Part shown: piece by piece, positions 46,959-60,920 of the stretch
Numbering within the stretch: position 1 is the stretch's first letter
Layout of the letters: the number at the start of each line of letters is the position of its first letter
Source of the DNA: Zygnema circumcarinatum SAG 698-1b
Lineage: Eukaryota > Plantae > Zygnematophyceae
Direction of reading: 5' to 3'
DNA length: 64,000 bases
Assembly: GCA_037447605.1 (NCBI GenBank)
Contig: CM074809.1
Span: forward strand, 3,214,689 to 3,278,688
Position numbers and translations under genes: made by a program
The notes under the pieces: model-generated
The model's input: only the letters and a program-made list of their open reading frames with translations
Databases searched by the model: none
What the model was told of the DNA's origin: nothing

Positions 46959-49900
46959 TCAACGTTTCACTAGTCGCAATACATCTCCCACTAAGTGCAA
47001 TGATCCCGTGACCAGCACCTGCATCCGCATTCCAACCACCACCCCTTTAAACATTGCTTCTCACAGCGTTTCCTGGCCAAAGAAACTAGAAACAAACGAG
47101 AGTTTCACGAGAACTCAACATGCAATTCATTATCAGCCGTACCAGACTGGCTCTGAAGTCTTCTAGAAGAAAACCATTCCACTCCTAAAAGTTAAGCCGG
47201 CTGAGCTTTTGCATCTATATGTAGAAAGGAACCTATGGAAAGCTCGTTTCTTGGACTAGAGCAACTGCTTTCACTCACCCTCAAAGCAGACCCATGACAG
47301 TTCCCAGTCATAACCTAACTGCAGAACCTACAGAACCTACAGCCTTCACAAAGATGCTCACACCTTTCAATTACATTTTCCCACAGACGAGAAGTGCGCA
47401 TGATGTTTACTTGCTGGTTAAAGACCTTCCTTAAAGCAAGAATACTACCAGAGAATACCCACCGTGCCATTACCGCAAAATCCGAAAGAGAGCAAAAACC
47501 CACCTGCAGTCGCAGCGAAGGCTGCTCCCTCACCGCTCGTCTGGCCATCTCCAGTGCTTCCAAAAGCGAAGGCAGGACCACGCTGGTGGGCCCCACAAAG
47601 CAGCCCTCCGCGGAGCCTCCGGTGGGGCCCACAGGGAGAGCGGCCGTACCCAAAAAAAACTCCGCAGGGGGTTCAGCAGTCCGGGAGATGGGGATTTCAG
47701 CCTGCACTGGCCCAGACTCTGCCACAATCTGAAGATTCCATAGTTAGAACTTTTTCCCATCAACTTTTGTTTGGGACAATGCCTTCAATTTGAAGTTTGA
47801 TTTGTGCAGCCATTCAGAAAAAAGCATAATCCTTCTGTTACAGCGTCTGTGTTCTTAAGTTTGAACCGAACATGATTTTGCAGGCTCCACCAATATCACT
47901 ATGGCTAACTACCGAACTATGACTCCACTCTCCAAAAGTGTATTGACTTACCCCTCGTGCTTGCTACGCTCGCCGACGACTGAAGGGCCTCCCACGTGCG
48001 CTGAATACGCAACTGAAAACTGAGATCATGGACTGTGGCTGAGTCTACAGGGGACTTAAATGATCCCAAAGAGGTGTATGAGGAGAGGCTTGGCACCACC
48101 ATCGCCCTATGGAGGATGATACCTGCAGTCAGAAAATCGGCCCTGGCCAAATTTAAAGATTTGAAAACGCAGCTTGAGCCTATTGAGCTTGAGCGAGAGA
48201 GTTGAATGAGGGTGTTTGTAACGCAGATATAGTTGAGGGAGAGCTAAGGGTTTACCGTTGCGACGTAGAACTGAAAGAAGAGGGGGGAGGAGGGCGGCCG
48301 GGTCCCTTTCAGGCATGCAGTTGAAAAGCAGAATCTGCATCGGCCATGGCTGCCACAATGAGAGAATGCGGGGGTACATAGAGAGGAGACCGGCATTTGC
48401 GGTGCAAGGAAGTCCATCTTAGTACTGCAGACTTAGTTTGTTTTTGTTCAAAATTCTTCTTGATGCTTGCTAAGTTCTAATCCGATTGTATCCAATGCTG
48501 ACTGTTTCAACTGTTGGACACAAGCGCTGCTGAGATCTAACTCACTAACACATGAAATTTTTAACAGTAGTAAGAAAACCCTCCAACGTGAGCTCATTAG
48601 CATGCAACAACCCCATAGACACAGCCCTACATAGTTGCACGGTACGCATCGGTTGAGTCCCTATCGTTTCAGCCTTTGGAATTAAAAAAAAAAAAAAAAA
48701 GGGAAAAAATGCAACGTACCCTCCTCAAGTTTTCCTCCCCTATTCCGGCTCCCTCCTTATTTGCAGCTTCAGCAAACCACTTTCCGCAAACATCCATACT
48801 TTCGGGCGTGTGGGCGCCATCCAGAAAGAAAACAAGCTTCCCCTTTGTTTCAAAACTCAGGTCATTATTTCCCCCCTCCCTATCATAAAGAATTTGGGCC
48901 CGTCCTGGCCACTGCGCATCTCGCAGGCCACGGTGGTAGTGTTCAGGAAGTCTTCCTGCTCGCATTGCCTGCAGAAAGCAATAAAAAATTAGTTAAAAAA
49001 ATCGTTAATTAATCATCAAAGCATGGTATTCTTGTTTCCTGCAGTCCGTCTCCTCCTATTTTCCGTCCCGTCGACAAACACTGAACTCGGCAACAACTTT
49101 GGACTTGCTTTCCTAAAAACCTGATGGAAAAAGAGAAGAGGGGGAACAGGAAAAATCTATCTCCCACCCACCCTTCCCCCCCCTCCCCCCCAGCGTTAAA
49201 CTCAAAAAGCAAAAGCATGCTAACTCTCACCTGCTCGAATTCCTGTACATGTGCGGTTTGGGCAGTTCGTTCGGCCCATGTTCTGCAAAGTGCTATTGCA
49301 AGCGCTGCATTTTCCCTCTGATGGCTGCCCGCAAGCCCTAATTGGACCTCTCCGAGGAGGGGGTCCAAAGGGGGGGCCGTTTCCAGTGGAATCTGAAATT
49401 CCCATTGCAGTGAGTGAGCCTTTACTTCTAATGCTCGTTGCAACCTTCTTTTCTGAACATCCTTTTTGCACAGCGGCGTAATCTGAAGTTCGAGATGGTG
49501 GCTACTGCGATGCCATTGTATATCAGGTCTTGCCATTTCGAAAGGTCATTTCAAGATTTTAGTGTGCTAGCTATCTCACAACTCCGGTGCAGATGTAGCC
49601 ATTCATGTCTCAATCTCAGATCTACGTTGTACTGTGAGAAACTGATCTGCATGTCTTTCATTCATTCATTCATTCATTCGCTTGCTACCAACTTATGGAA
49701 ACAAAAGAGCACCGTTTCTAAATCAGACCTTTCGTTTCCTCGCAATGGATAGAAAAGATTTCGCCTTCCTAAACTTTAGGTTGAAGACCGTCACCTTCAA
49801 TTTTTCTGCTTGTTTACGCAGTACCGCCATTGCCTCCTCTGTCTGGGCTGAAGTGAAAGCCGGAACGCCGGCCTGCAGGGGGAGAGTGGCCTTCCATCAG

Positions 49901-52900
49901 CCTCTGCCATTTGAATGGGGAGAGAAAGTAAAAAGGCACGAATAAGTTGAAAAGGGTACAGAAAACTCTCTCTGCAAATAACATGATATGGAGGGGGGGG
50001 GGGGGGGGGTTCATAGAAGCTATGGCCAACTAAGATTGACCGTTCCAAGCGCAAACAATCTCAGGAAACTAACAAACACTGAATAGCTTCCCGGAGAGTT
50101 TTAACTATAACTTTTTTCAAGGAAAAAATAAGTTTGTTGGAAAGGGTGGGCAGTACCTTGAAAATGCCCGCTTTCTCGCCTGCAATTTCCGCCAGCGTGT
50201 ACCCTGAAGGACCCAAATACAGAACTAATAAGAAACAAACATAGACCGAGTTCCATCCCCAGAACGGTGGAGATAAACCAAAACCAAAAGCTTTTGGCGA
50301 ACCAAAAGCTTGGATAGCACTAAGGGGCGTTAACTCTACATCCTCCAAAGAATGGAAAGGCCAGTTTGTCTAATTCATGGCTTGGGCCTGAACCTTTCAA
50401 GCTCGTTCAAAGGTGGCAGATTTTCTTCTCATAAGCACACCGATGATAAGCTTCACAAGCCAAGTTATCCATTTCTCGATTCAGAATTAGTTTTGTATCT
50501 TGATCTAGCAAAGTGGAAGATTTCGTTCAAACAATTTCCAAAACTATCTCGATCCTGATCTCTCTAAATGTCAAATTCATTCTCTTCTGAGATCCGAAAA
50601 TGCATTTGAACCAACAGCGCAAGGAAACTTTACAAGTGATTGATTCCCCACCAACATTGCTAGCTGATTGGGTTTTCCAGCCACAAAGTCCCTTCCTATT
50701 CTGACTAGAGGTAGAGATTGATCTGCAAGGTAACATCTTTCCTTTCCCAACGACTTCAAGAAAGAAGCGTTTGAGCGGATCAGTACCGCTGTGGCCTCAC
50801 CGAGAAGCTCCATGTGGTCGTACCCCAGTTTTGAGACTCCACACACCACTGGCTGCTTCACCTGTGCCGATAATAAACGATTCCATCATCATTCCCAAAG
50901 ATAGGCGACTCGCCCTCTAAAGAACAGGACAAAATCAGAACATTTCGATCTGAAACTGAAACGGAAACCGCTCACTTAAACACTAAAGAACGAAGGAAGT
51001 GTGGAAGGTCGAGCATGGGGAATTTCTTACCACGTTCGTGGCGTCGTACCTTCCTCCAATTCCAACTTCTAACAATGCAACGTCGACCTGCATGCAGTCC
51101 CAACCAAAACAGCGAGCCCTAGTGAAACCCTTGTTGAGTATTAGAAGCTCCCTCAACAGATAACTTAATGGACGTACTATCGTGTCTGGAATTATAGCGA
51201 ACTTGTACACATAGCCGCTAAGGGTAAGCATCACAACAACCATCGTGCAGGAGCAGGAGAAAGAGGAGGAGGAGGAGGACGTGGAGGGGGAGGAGCAGGA
51301 GGAGGAGGAGAAGGAGGAGGAGGAGGAGGGGGAGGAGGAGGAGGAGGAGGAGGAGGAGGAGGAGGAGGAGGAGGAGGAGGAGGAGGAGGAGGAGGAGGAG
51401 GAGGGGGAGGAGGAGGAGGAGAAGGAAGAGGAGGAGGAAAAAGAGGAGGAGAAGTTAGTGAGCCAAACCTTCTCTGCTGTGAACATACGAAAGGCGAGGA
51501 GTGTGAGGAATCGGAAGTAGGCGGGCATGGGAACTTTTTCATTGCATTTTGCCTGTATAACCAAGTGCAGTTTCAGTGTGAATCAAACTATTCGGAACTT
51601 CAGGAAGTTGATCTCACACCACCCAAACGTTTTGAAAGTGAAAAACTGTGGTTACGTATTTCGGCACCACAACCCTGCGTTCGAGTTGACTGTAACAATG
51701 AATTTGTTGCCGACCCGATCTAATTGTCCACTCACACATGATGACCATTGCTCATGAATATTGCAAGAATCATCAACGCGCTCATCATGAAATAACCAAC
51801 GAAAGGTTCAGTACCTGAAAGCGATCGTAACACCACCAAAAGTGCTTCAGAAAAATCTCCTTCTCCGCTTCCTGCCTATACAATCAGCCCGATTCGTCAT
51901 TGACATACCCCAATCAATCTATCACATTACCTGTTGGGACATGCAGACTCTGCAGCAATTGATGTTAGATCTCCCAAATAGCGAAAATCACATTGCCTTT
52001 CTATGACACCCTCATCTTATATTTACTTAATTTTTTAATTTTTTAGCAACAGACAATAGGCTTCTTTGGCCTTTTTTGGCTTCCTTTTGAGTCAGAAGAG
52101 AGCCTGAGACCCTCACCCATTCAATCTGAACCGTTCGCGAATGTCAACAAGATGGGGGGATGTGAACATGCCCGTGGTAACTCCATGAGCACGCAATATG
52201 CTTTCTGCAAATGCACAGGTGGAGCCCTGCCATTTACGAGGAATCGGCAGAAATGAGCATTATTGCGCTCATCGACTCTCGGCGAACAAACAAAACTGTT
52301 TCCACTTCTCGCCTTATACCGCACCTCGAAACACTTTGACCGATGCTTCCTTATCCACACTCACTCAGTCAAAGCTTCGATTTCAATGTGGAGAAAAATA
52401 TATCCCACATCGGCTACCTCTGTTTGGAAATCATCCATTTGAACAGATGAAGATCAGGACACTACCTTGTCAACATAGACAGTTTCAGTCCGCAGCTTCA
52501 AAAAACAAAGGGCCACTCAAAGGAAAACTTAAAGGATAGAGCATTATAAGTAAACCACATCTCGCCAGGCTCAACCAGCCAAACTGCACACGTAGATTGT
52601 CTAGGGCCAAAACGTGACTTACCTTGCCTTTGGTGCCAGCTACATGGATCACCCTAAGCTTTGACAAAGGTTCTTCCAAATCCAACATCTGGCCCAGTTT
52701 CCAAAACCAAAAAAAATGGTGAGACGTAGGCAAAAGACTGGCCCTCCCAAGTAGAACAGAGCTTGCATTATCGCGAACTTGATAATGATCCTGCCAAAAA
52801 GAAATTCGCTTCAGCTAGATAAAAGACACGGTGTGGTTACTTAACAGAAATAATTTCGTAGCATGAGCTGCTCAGGGCCAAGTGGGCTTGACAGAAAGAA

Positions 52901-53390
52901 GAGTAAAATTTTCCTCCTTGTCATTATTTTGCCCTCACATTCTTTAAGTCTAATGTCCAGAGAACAAAGCAAAGTGAGAAAAAGTAACCTGAAAACATCT
53001 AAATGTAACCTTAGCCTCTCATTAGTGTATAGTTCCTTCAGAGCCTTCCTGCTTCCCACTCAGGCTGCCTCAAGTTCCTCATTGCTCCACTTCAAGCCAT
53101 ACAATGCAGCAACCTTGCCATAATCCATTCAGCAAGGTCATGCAACATCAAAATTTTCATACAATTCAAGCATGCATGCATGCCATTTGCATGAAAGAAC
53201 ATTGGTACACCATCGCCACCTGCACGTAAGCTTCCATCAACGAAAAAGCGTCTCCCCAATTCGAAGCATCCGCCCTCTTTCTCTGCGTTATGAGCCCTGA
53301 CAGAGCGCTTAGGGCTGCAGAGTAGCCCCTTTCCCCGCTATCCGAAGCGGCAGCCATGGCTCCTGCACGAGGCTCCAAGAGCGCCTTCAT
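46959..53390 (-). CDS. FPGS: Folylpolyglutamate synthase, multi-exon
   Basis: [24 protein letters not shown]|[104 protein letters not shown]. Last exon [19 protein letters not shown] (stop 46959-61). Start at 53390 or 53357. Confidence 0.96.
51255..51450 (+). repeat. (GGA)n microsatellite in an FPGS intron
   Basis: About 190 bp of ggaggagga run. Confidence 0.95.
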
Positions 53391-53961
53391 TCAGGGCTGT
53401 CGCCGCAGCAAGCAGGACTGCAGGAGGCGCTGGAGCAAGCACTTTCAGTTGGTCGTACGCCTGAAACTTGGAGATCAACTGAACTGTTTCTGTACGATAG
53501 GTGGATCGTACAGCTGCGAGTGACAGAAACTGTACGGTCAAATATTGGATTTACTATTTACACACCTTTTTGGTATATATACACACCTTAAAAAAATCCC
53601 AATACATACCATGAACCTAAAATAAAGTCTGACCAGCAGAAAAAGGTGTGTATCTATCATTTTCCTAAAATAAGAGGCTGTCTGGGCGCACAGCTTAGAG
53701 TCGCTTTTCCCCTTTTTTCCTCGACACTTGAGCGACTTTTTGTAGCAACACAACTTCCGCCGTTGACGATCGCTGCAAGGCGGCTTGCCTTCATACGAAA
53801 ACTCTCATACAATGAAAATTCAAATCACTTTCTCTCTCCTCTGATTTGTCCCTCTCTCTCTCTATCTCTATCTTGTCTAGTCTCCTTCTCTCTGGACTCT
53901 ATTTTCCTATCCGGAATCCATCGGAGCTTTCAAGGTTGGGAGCTGAGCGCTTCGAACAGGA

Positions 53962-56900
53962 ATGGCGACTGTATGCGGGAATGAGGAGGCTTCCAAGGCC
54001 TGCAGCAGTCAGAAAGTGGTGGTTTCGGAGAGGAATGCGGAGAGCGAAAGGAAAGAGCATGCATGCCGTGCATGTTGTACGGGAGACTGCACGTGCGCAG
54101 TGCAGAGAGTTCCTCCACCCTTTCCTGTACCCTGGATGTCCGTCACAAACGGAACCTGTTCAGAGAGGCTCGCGCAGCGAAGCATAGAGTGGTATTTTGG
54201 ACATTCTGGCTCCAGCAATGGTTTGCTGAGGATTCAATGCGGTAGCAACAGCCATCCCAGCCTGTATAGAGTTATTGTAGGTGGAGATTTGGCTCGAGAA
54301 GTGAGCAGATTCGGCATAGGATGTCCAGCGGCTAGAAAAGACTTTCTCACATACCCTGTCAGGGCTCACGTGAGAGCCGCCTTACTCGATGACAGTACCA
54401 TAAACCTGCAACCTTACGTGTTCCCTGTAAGCAGGCTGCTAAAACTGGGGCGGCCTACAAGTGGACAATCGTTTGACGTCAATTTTTCAGCGGTATGAGC
54501 TGAACTTCAAAGCACATGCAGTGCATATGAAATGCATTGTAGGATATTCTCAAAGAAAAAATCCAGGTGTTCTTCTTACCAATACTCCCTCTCTCTGCGC
54601 TACCCTCACTGGCTGTGCTTCAGGCCGATGTTCCATTGCTCCTTCAAATGGCCTCTGATCGCACCCTCCTCCAGGCTGCAGGAAAGAGCAGGAAAAAATG
54701 GGGCCCCGTACATGCTGTACGGGCTCTCGGTACATTAAATGAAGGTTTGTCCTAGACAATTTTTTAGGAGCTTTATTCTTGAGACCGACCAGTCGGAATT
54801 TGCAGAGAGCATTTTCGATTTGTGATTCTTGTTCTTGAGCGTTGTATTATCAAGCCAGTTTTTGCAATAAGTTGCGGCGCAATGTGCATTTGTCATCCCA
54901 CTGAAATTGTGGCATCAATAGGACATTATTACAAGCTATTAGCAGCTGCTGGGCTATCTCACGAAGTTGTTGATGTGCTGCCATTCTTTACAGGTGCTAA
55001 GCTGGTGAATCTGCTAGACCTTCATGATGCTTGGTATCAAGCTGAGCTACCGAAAGTAATTGCAAGAGCAGGCATTCCGGTAAGTTTTTCAAGTAGACAT
55101 CCGAGTATGCATGCACGTCCGTCATACCACTCTTCACAATAGTCTTTTGGAGGGATAATCACGATTAGGGTAGGGTTAGTGCTTGCATGATTTGGTTCTA
55201 AACTTTGGTTGCTTTGCAGGCCTTTTGGCCATCCTTAGACTATTTGCAAGACGGAAGGAGATGGATGAAAGGCCGAATAGCAGCAGTAGAAATTGTGGAC
55301 CAGATTCTGCAAAGTTATAAGGACAGCGATAAAAAACTGCGTTCAACAACCGTGCAAGTATTCAAGGAACTACTTTCACGACAATCTACACAAGCATCAC
55401 TTGCTACAACAATCATTGGGACACATACATGGAGCACTGCTCTGCACGCCACTGGCTTGGATAAATCACCCAAGGTGATCATACCTTTCTCGACTTTTCT
55501 GCATGCATACTCTTGACTAGATGACTGTCTTGTCTTGAGGCCTAAGGCGTTTGTTTTCTATTTGGAACAAATTACAACATTTCCCATTCAAGCATGCCAC
55601 TTGTAGCATGCGGGAGAAAAAATGTTCAACAAGGAGTTATTCTGGGATGGTACATTACTCTGCTATTTACATAGTTTTCTTTTCCACGTGGAACAAGGTC
55701 GGCAAGGAATTTGAGTTGACCATTGTGGTTTAAAGGAAGTTGGGTACTTGTCTACAGGTACAAGGGTTGTGGCTTGCAGATAGGTTGACAACTTGTTACT
55801 TATGCCACCGGGTAGAGGAACGAGATTTTCTTGAAGGCACACGAGACCTTTCGAAACATCTGCAGGAAATTGGCAAAGATGATATCGCTGAAGAATATAA
55901 ATGTTGGTGGGAACCTCTCAGGAAAGGCAGCAAGCACTATTTCGCTGATCAAAAGATGACAGAAATCCAAGTCTTAACAGTTTTGTGCCAGTCTTGCGAA
56001 GGCGGGGTTTGCTCTAGCTGTGCCGATCGCTGCGTTGTTTGTGATGAAATCATCTGCCACCTCTGCTTTTCATTCGAGTGAGCAGTCATGGGCCTTACAC
56101 CTCCACATCGTTCTTTCCTTTTTTTATTGTAACTCAGAGCTGCAATTTTACTCAGCAACAATTTGCTCATTGATATTCTTGAACATGTGACAGTCATTTC
56201 CACTTTTTAGTTTACTCTTTTCCTTTGGAATTGTGTCTTGAACGCAGCTGTTGCTGATTGTGTTTTGCAGCTGTGATTCACGTTTGCTTGGAACCGTATG
56301 TGTCGCATGCTCACGATCCACAGCTTCTGCTGTCATCAGCCGTACGGTTGACATAGACAAGTGTACTCTCAGTGCTCGTACTAGTAAGGACGACATGAAT
56401 GATATAGATGATCCAACGGCAAGAAAAAGAATAAAGTTCAGCGAGTTATGCCGTGGTACTTTAGTTGATAAAAATGGCCTCAATACTGCGATTGCTTCAA
56501 CAGTTGGACTACACGAATTGGGAAAAACAAATAGCACTTGCAAAAGCTCAACTCAGGACACAGTAGATAAGAATAAGAAAGATATACAGGATAAGAAAAA
56601 AGCAGCTTCTGCTGCCCCGGCGGAACGAGACAGAAGGGGAAGATTTGAGGAGGCAGGAGGCGGGGTTACGAAGACTCAAAACGGTGGTCCTCGGAAAACT
56701 GAAGCTTTGAAGAAGGGGCTGCATGCAAGCGATGGTAGTCAGTTCAGCAAGTTGCCAGAAATGCCATCTTCAACCAAGGCTATGAAGTCTGCTGCTAGTG
56801 TTGGAGAGTCATCTAGTGGACGTAGATCGAACGTAGCAGATTTCTTCTATGTCATGCAAGAGGTTAAAAGCTATAAGGAGAAGGGCAATGCATTTTTCAA

Positions 56901-59900
56901 GGACGAGCAGGTAAGCCTTCTGAGCCGGTACTTATCAGCTTCTGCAAAATAACTGTTGTGATGAGTTTTGCGAAAAGCATATTTTTAAGTCTTCTTGTTG
57001 GCTTCCCTTGCTTTCCCGTTCAATACACCTTAGCGGATGAAGCGGGATATTTTCTTTTAATGAGAAACTCGTTTGATTTGCGAATCTTCTATGGGCTTCC
57101 TCATATTTTGCGAAGAGGTGTGGTCTGCTTTTAAATATTTGTAACCACAAACGGAAGCTATCAGCTCGCCTAACTGTATCATGGACCTGGCTTACTCTTT
57201 TTCCAGGGAATGGATCTTTTTCCTTGGATTACTTCATTCTTGTTATGTGCGTTGTTATCTCATTTCTTTTCTTGAACTCTCTTCTTTTTTTGGCAGTACC
57301 TGGCAGCCATGCAGGAGTATGTTTCTGCATCGGAGCTCTGCAAACGCAAAAAGGATCTCCTTGAAGAGGTGAGGACATGTCATTGGGTATGTGTTGTCGA
57401 GTGAAGCTGTATCCCAGGTCAGTTCAATCCGGAATAGCTGAGAGGTAATACTGTAATGTAAAAGAAAGATATGGCTGACCTGACAGAGATAGCACCGCCG
57501 ACTCAGCTAAGATCTGCGAGTGTAACCCTTGGCTACTTTTCTAAATTCTTCCTAGGAAGCATTAGACCACTTGCAGTCTGTTCTGCTAGTGAATGTTTGT
57601 AGTGCCTTTGCATGCTTCTGCATTATCAGATCCTATGATCTGAATCTGTGGACGTTTCTTGTCGTAGGGCAGAGTGCTGGCTTGGAGCTGGCCCGCTTGG
57701 AGTACTTCCAGTTACGAAGTTCTGTCTTCCTGAACATGGCGGCGTGTCAGCTCAAGCTTGGAAAGTACAAAGCAGCAATAGACAACTGCACGTTAGCCAT
57801 AGCTGCAGGAGACGAAAATCGATGCGCTAAGGTACGTCATCTCCATGGAAACAGTGGCGCAATTTATTAAAGGGAAGTTGAGTAGACGACGCAAAATTGA
57901 GTCCCGATTAAAACAAACAGGCGGTGAAGCTTGTTCTACTACTGATAAGGTTGTAATTTTGTAGTGCAACAACGAGCGTGGATATTGGTATTGCACAACC
58001 TCTTGAGTGTCAGTACCTTCTGAATGTTTTCTAGGATGGTTGTTTCCTTCTGCAGTTGGAAATGACCACTTCCTTTGCAGTAACTGGCTGCTGGAAGATA
58101 AATAGCAGAAAGTTTGAATTTCCCATTGCCTTCTGAAGGTATCTCGTGGGCAGGATAATTAAACTTTTTCTGTCCAGGATAGCGAGAGGCTGCTTCTCAT
58201 GTTCCATGGTAGCTTCTTCATTTTCATGGGAGTCTTACAGCTGACCTACCTTAGCTCGTACCATGTATGGATCGGTCGGATGGAGGACTTCATATGACAT
58301 TTTGATTGATCTTCATCTATGTCGCGTTGCGGTCATTTTGAATTCTGCATCCTCTTGGTACTGCAGCATTTGCGTAACACTGTTGGGTCGAATATCCAAT
58401 ACTATGTTGCTGTGATTTGAAAATGATGCAGGCCTTTTTCCGAAGAGGAGTGGCTTATTTCAATCTGGGGCAACTCACGGACGCATATACAGACCTCACC
58501 ATGGCTTTGCAGCGGCTTCCAGGGGACCGGCTGGTCCAGCAAGAGCTTAATCGAGTAACGGAAGCTTTGGCGGTATAGTCCAAAGCCATGTCAATGTCAA
58601 TGTTGTCCATGCACGTCATGTAGGAATGGACCTTTTCTTGCACGATGCTGTTTTTTAGTGCCAAAGACAGGAGGAAGCTTGGTCCTTTATTGGGTGCAGC
58701 TTTATGTTTGCTGCTTATGCAAAGTACCATTGGTGGATTTGACTCTTTCTCTGTACTCATGCTTGGGGAATTTCCGGTCCTGGTTGTAGCACCATTTTAG
58801 GAATGTTATTTCCCATTTGAGGTGGTCATTAAGAACGCCATTCTATTTTTGGCATAGATCTCACATTTTGCAAACGAATGATTTGGCAGTGTATGTAGCC
58901 AATTTGTAGCTCTCTGTTGTGGAATTGCTTCGTTGGGGTATCAATGTAGAATTTGAATTGTTCCAACTTTACAGTAATGGCAATTGTTTTGGTTTTCTGT
59001 CCTACTGGTGCAGACTAACCTGGAAATGACCAACTCCAAAAAAAAGCCTCAAGGTGGTAAGAAAGGAAAATCGTCCGGATCAGCAAATGAGAGCAAGAAA
59101 AGTGAAAGCAAGAAAGGAACACAGGAGAAGTCTGGAGGAGATAAAGAGATTGTGGTTAACAAAGGGGCTGCAGTGCAGGAGAAGTCTGAGCCTGCAGATG
59201 GAAGCCATGGATCAGCAAAACGAGCTAGTAATATCCAGGGAGGTGGAAGTAAGGACAAGCCGAAAGTTGCGATCGAGAAAGAGAAAAAGGCAAACAAGGC
59301 AAAAAAAGCGGCAGAGAAGGCTGCCCGCAGAGCAGAGGAAGAGAAGGAGGCAAGGTTGAAACAGCAGCAAGAAGAGGAAGAGTATCAGAGGGCATTGGAG
59401 CAGAGGAGAAAGGAGTTGGAGGAGGAAGAGATTCGAGAAGTAGAACGAAAGATCAACGAAAGGGAGGAGCTGGAACGGAAGTCGAAAGCAGAGGAAGCAG
59501 CGAGGAAGCGAGCAGAGGAGGCACGGGAAAAGCTACGGGAGGAGAAATTAGCTTGTTTGCAGGCAAAAATAAGTGCTGCAGACTCCGCTAGAGAAGGGCA
59601 GGCACCTAGAAGCCGCGCTCTACCAGCAACAGCCGCTTCCGCAACCACCGACTTAAAGGAGATTTTTCCCTTCTTTTTCCCAGCAGAGACTCACCGTGCC
59701 AGGCCCTATCATTTGCAGCCACAAGCTGTGTCCACTGCCCCCTCTTCGTCGAGAAGCAATGATATGAATGGTAGAGCAGCCGCCCTTGCGGGAGGCAGTG
59801 TTAATGATACATGGGGACAGTATCAGGATCAGAATGAGAGACTTTGGCAACATACCACATCTGGACCATCTGGAAACTCGCAAGTGGCTGGACTATGGCA

Positions 59901-60684
59901 ACCTCCCGGTACACAATATGCGGCAGTTCCGCAGCGGAGCATTCAAGAAGGACCCCACTTCATTTCTCCAAGTGAAGAATGGACCTCTCAAGGGTGGGCG
60001 GCTTTTCAAGGCCCTTTGCAAGGCTCTACTGCAACCTCGGGTGCAACGCCGCTGAGAAGTGGGTCGGCCTTCCAAAACGATGTTGAAGATGCCACTTGCG
60101 CTATCTGCATGGAGGCAGAAAGGGATGCCCTGGTGCTGCCCTGCTCACACCTCTCAACGTGAGTTTGGTTTCTTCCTTTCCTTTACAGCTAAGTTGCTAG
60201 GAGGGGCATACGTCCTCCAACTTCTCCATTAACTTCTCCACACTTACTGCCAGAGGGCTGCGTCGGACATGTAGTTCGTATATGGTGCATGGAGCTTTCA
60301 GTAGGCCTCTGGGACAGAGGCAACCGTTGTGACTGGCAAGACAGAGAGTATTCCCTCTCTGCCTCAATGCAAAGAGCTGTGCATGGGTGTCATTCTTATC
60401 TTTCTTAGTGGCTATAGCTCGGGTAAGCGAAAAGGCTAAGGGAGGGGAGGGGCTGTGGGCGACAGATACAGCCTATCAGACTCTGCCAATGGAAAGGGTG
60501 TTGTTGTGGAGATGAATGGTGGACTTTCTGACGGTGCGTTATGTTGTCGCTGTTGAAAACAATGCAGGTGCTCAAAGTGCATTCAGATGATAAAGGCGTC
60601 CTCTCGGGCGCTGTGTCCCATCTGCCGGGTACCGATCACCTCCATCATCAAACTGGACGTTGGGCCAACCAAGCCAAGCCATGA
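53962..60684 (+). CDS. Multidomain protein: unknown N-terminal region - multi-CxxC Zn-binding region - 3 TPR (carboxylate clamp) - coiled coil - C3HC4 RING (putative co-chaperone E3 ligase)
   Basis: Phase-compatible GT-AG exons (e.g. 55220-55473, 55758-~56078, 56271-56910, 59014-60158, 60568-60684). TPRs: YKEKGNAFFK, FLNMAACQLKLGKYKAAIDNC, K|AFFRRGVAYFNLG. RING: CAICMEAERDALVLPCSHLST|CSKC...CPICR. Confidence 0.85.
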
Positions 60685-60920
60685 GACATGGTCGGAGAGT
60701 CGTGGGGGGAGGGGGCCTGCTCGCTGAATGAATGCGGAGCTCCCACCCACCTTTGTAACTAACTAACTGCTCTGAGTCAATGTTCAACGGATTTAAAAAA
60801 ACAAAGAACTGAGCATGCGTGCTTTCCTTGTCAGTGCTTGTGCGCCTTTTTTTTCTGGTCAGCTTTTCAGGGAAATTTCATGTTTCAGCCTCAGACACAA
60901 GCATCACCCAATGGCGCGTT

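Noticed and set aside
53338-53541. Upstream out-of-frame ORF as a frameshifted FPGS transit peptide
   Set aside because: An in-frame TGA directly precedes the FPGS ATG, and there is no independent evidence of a frameshift.
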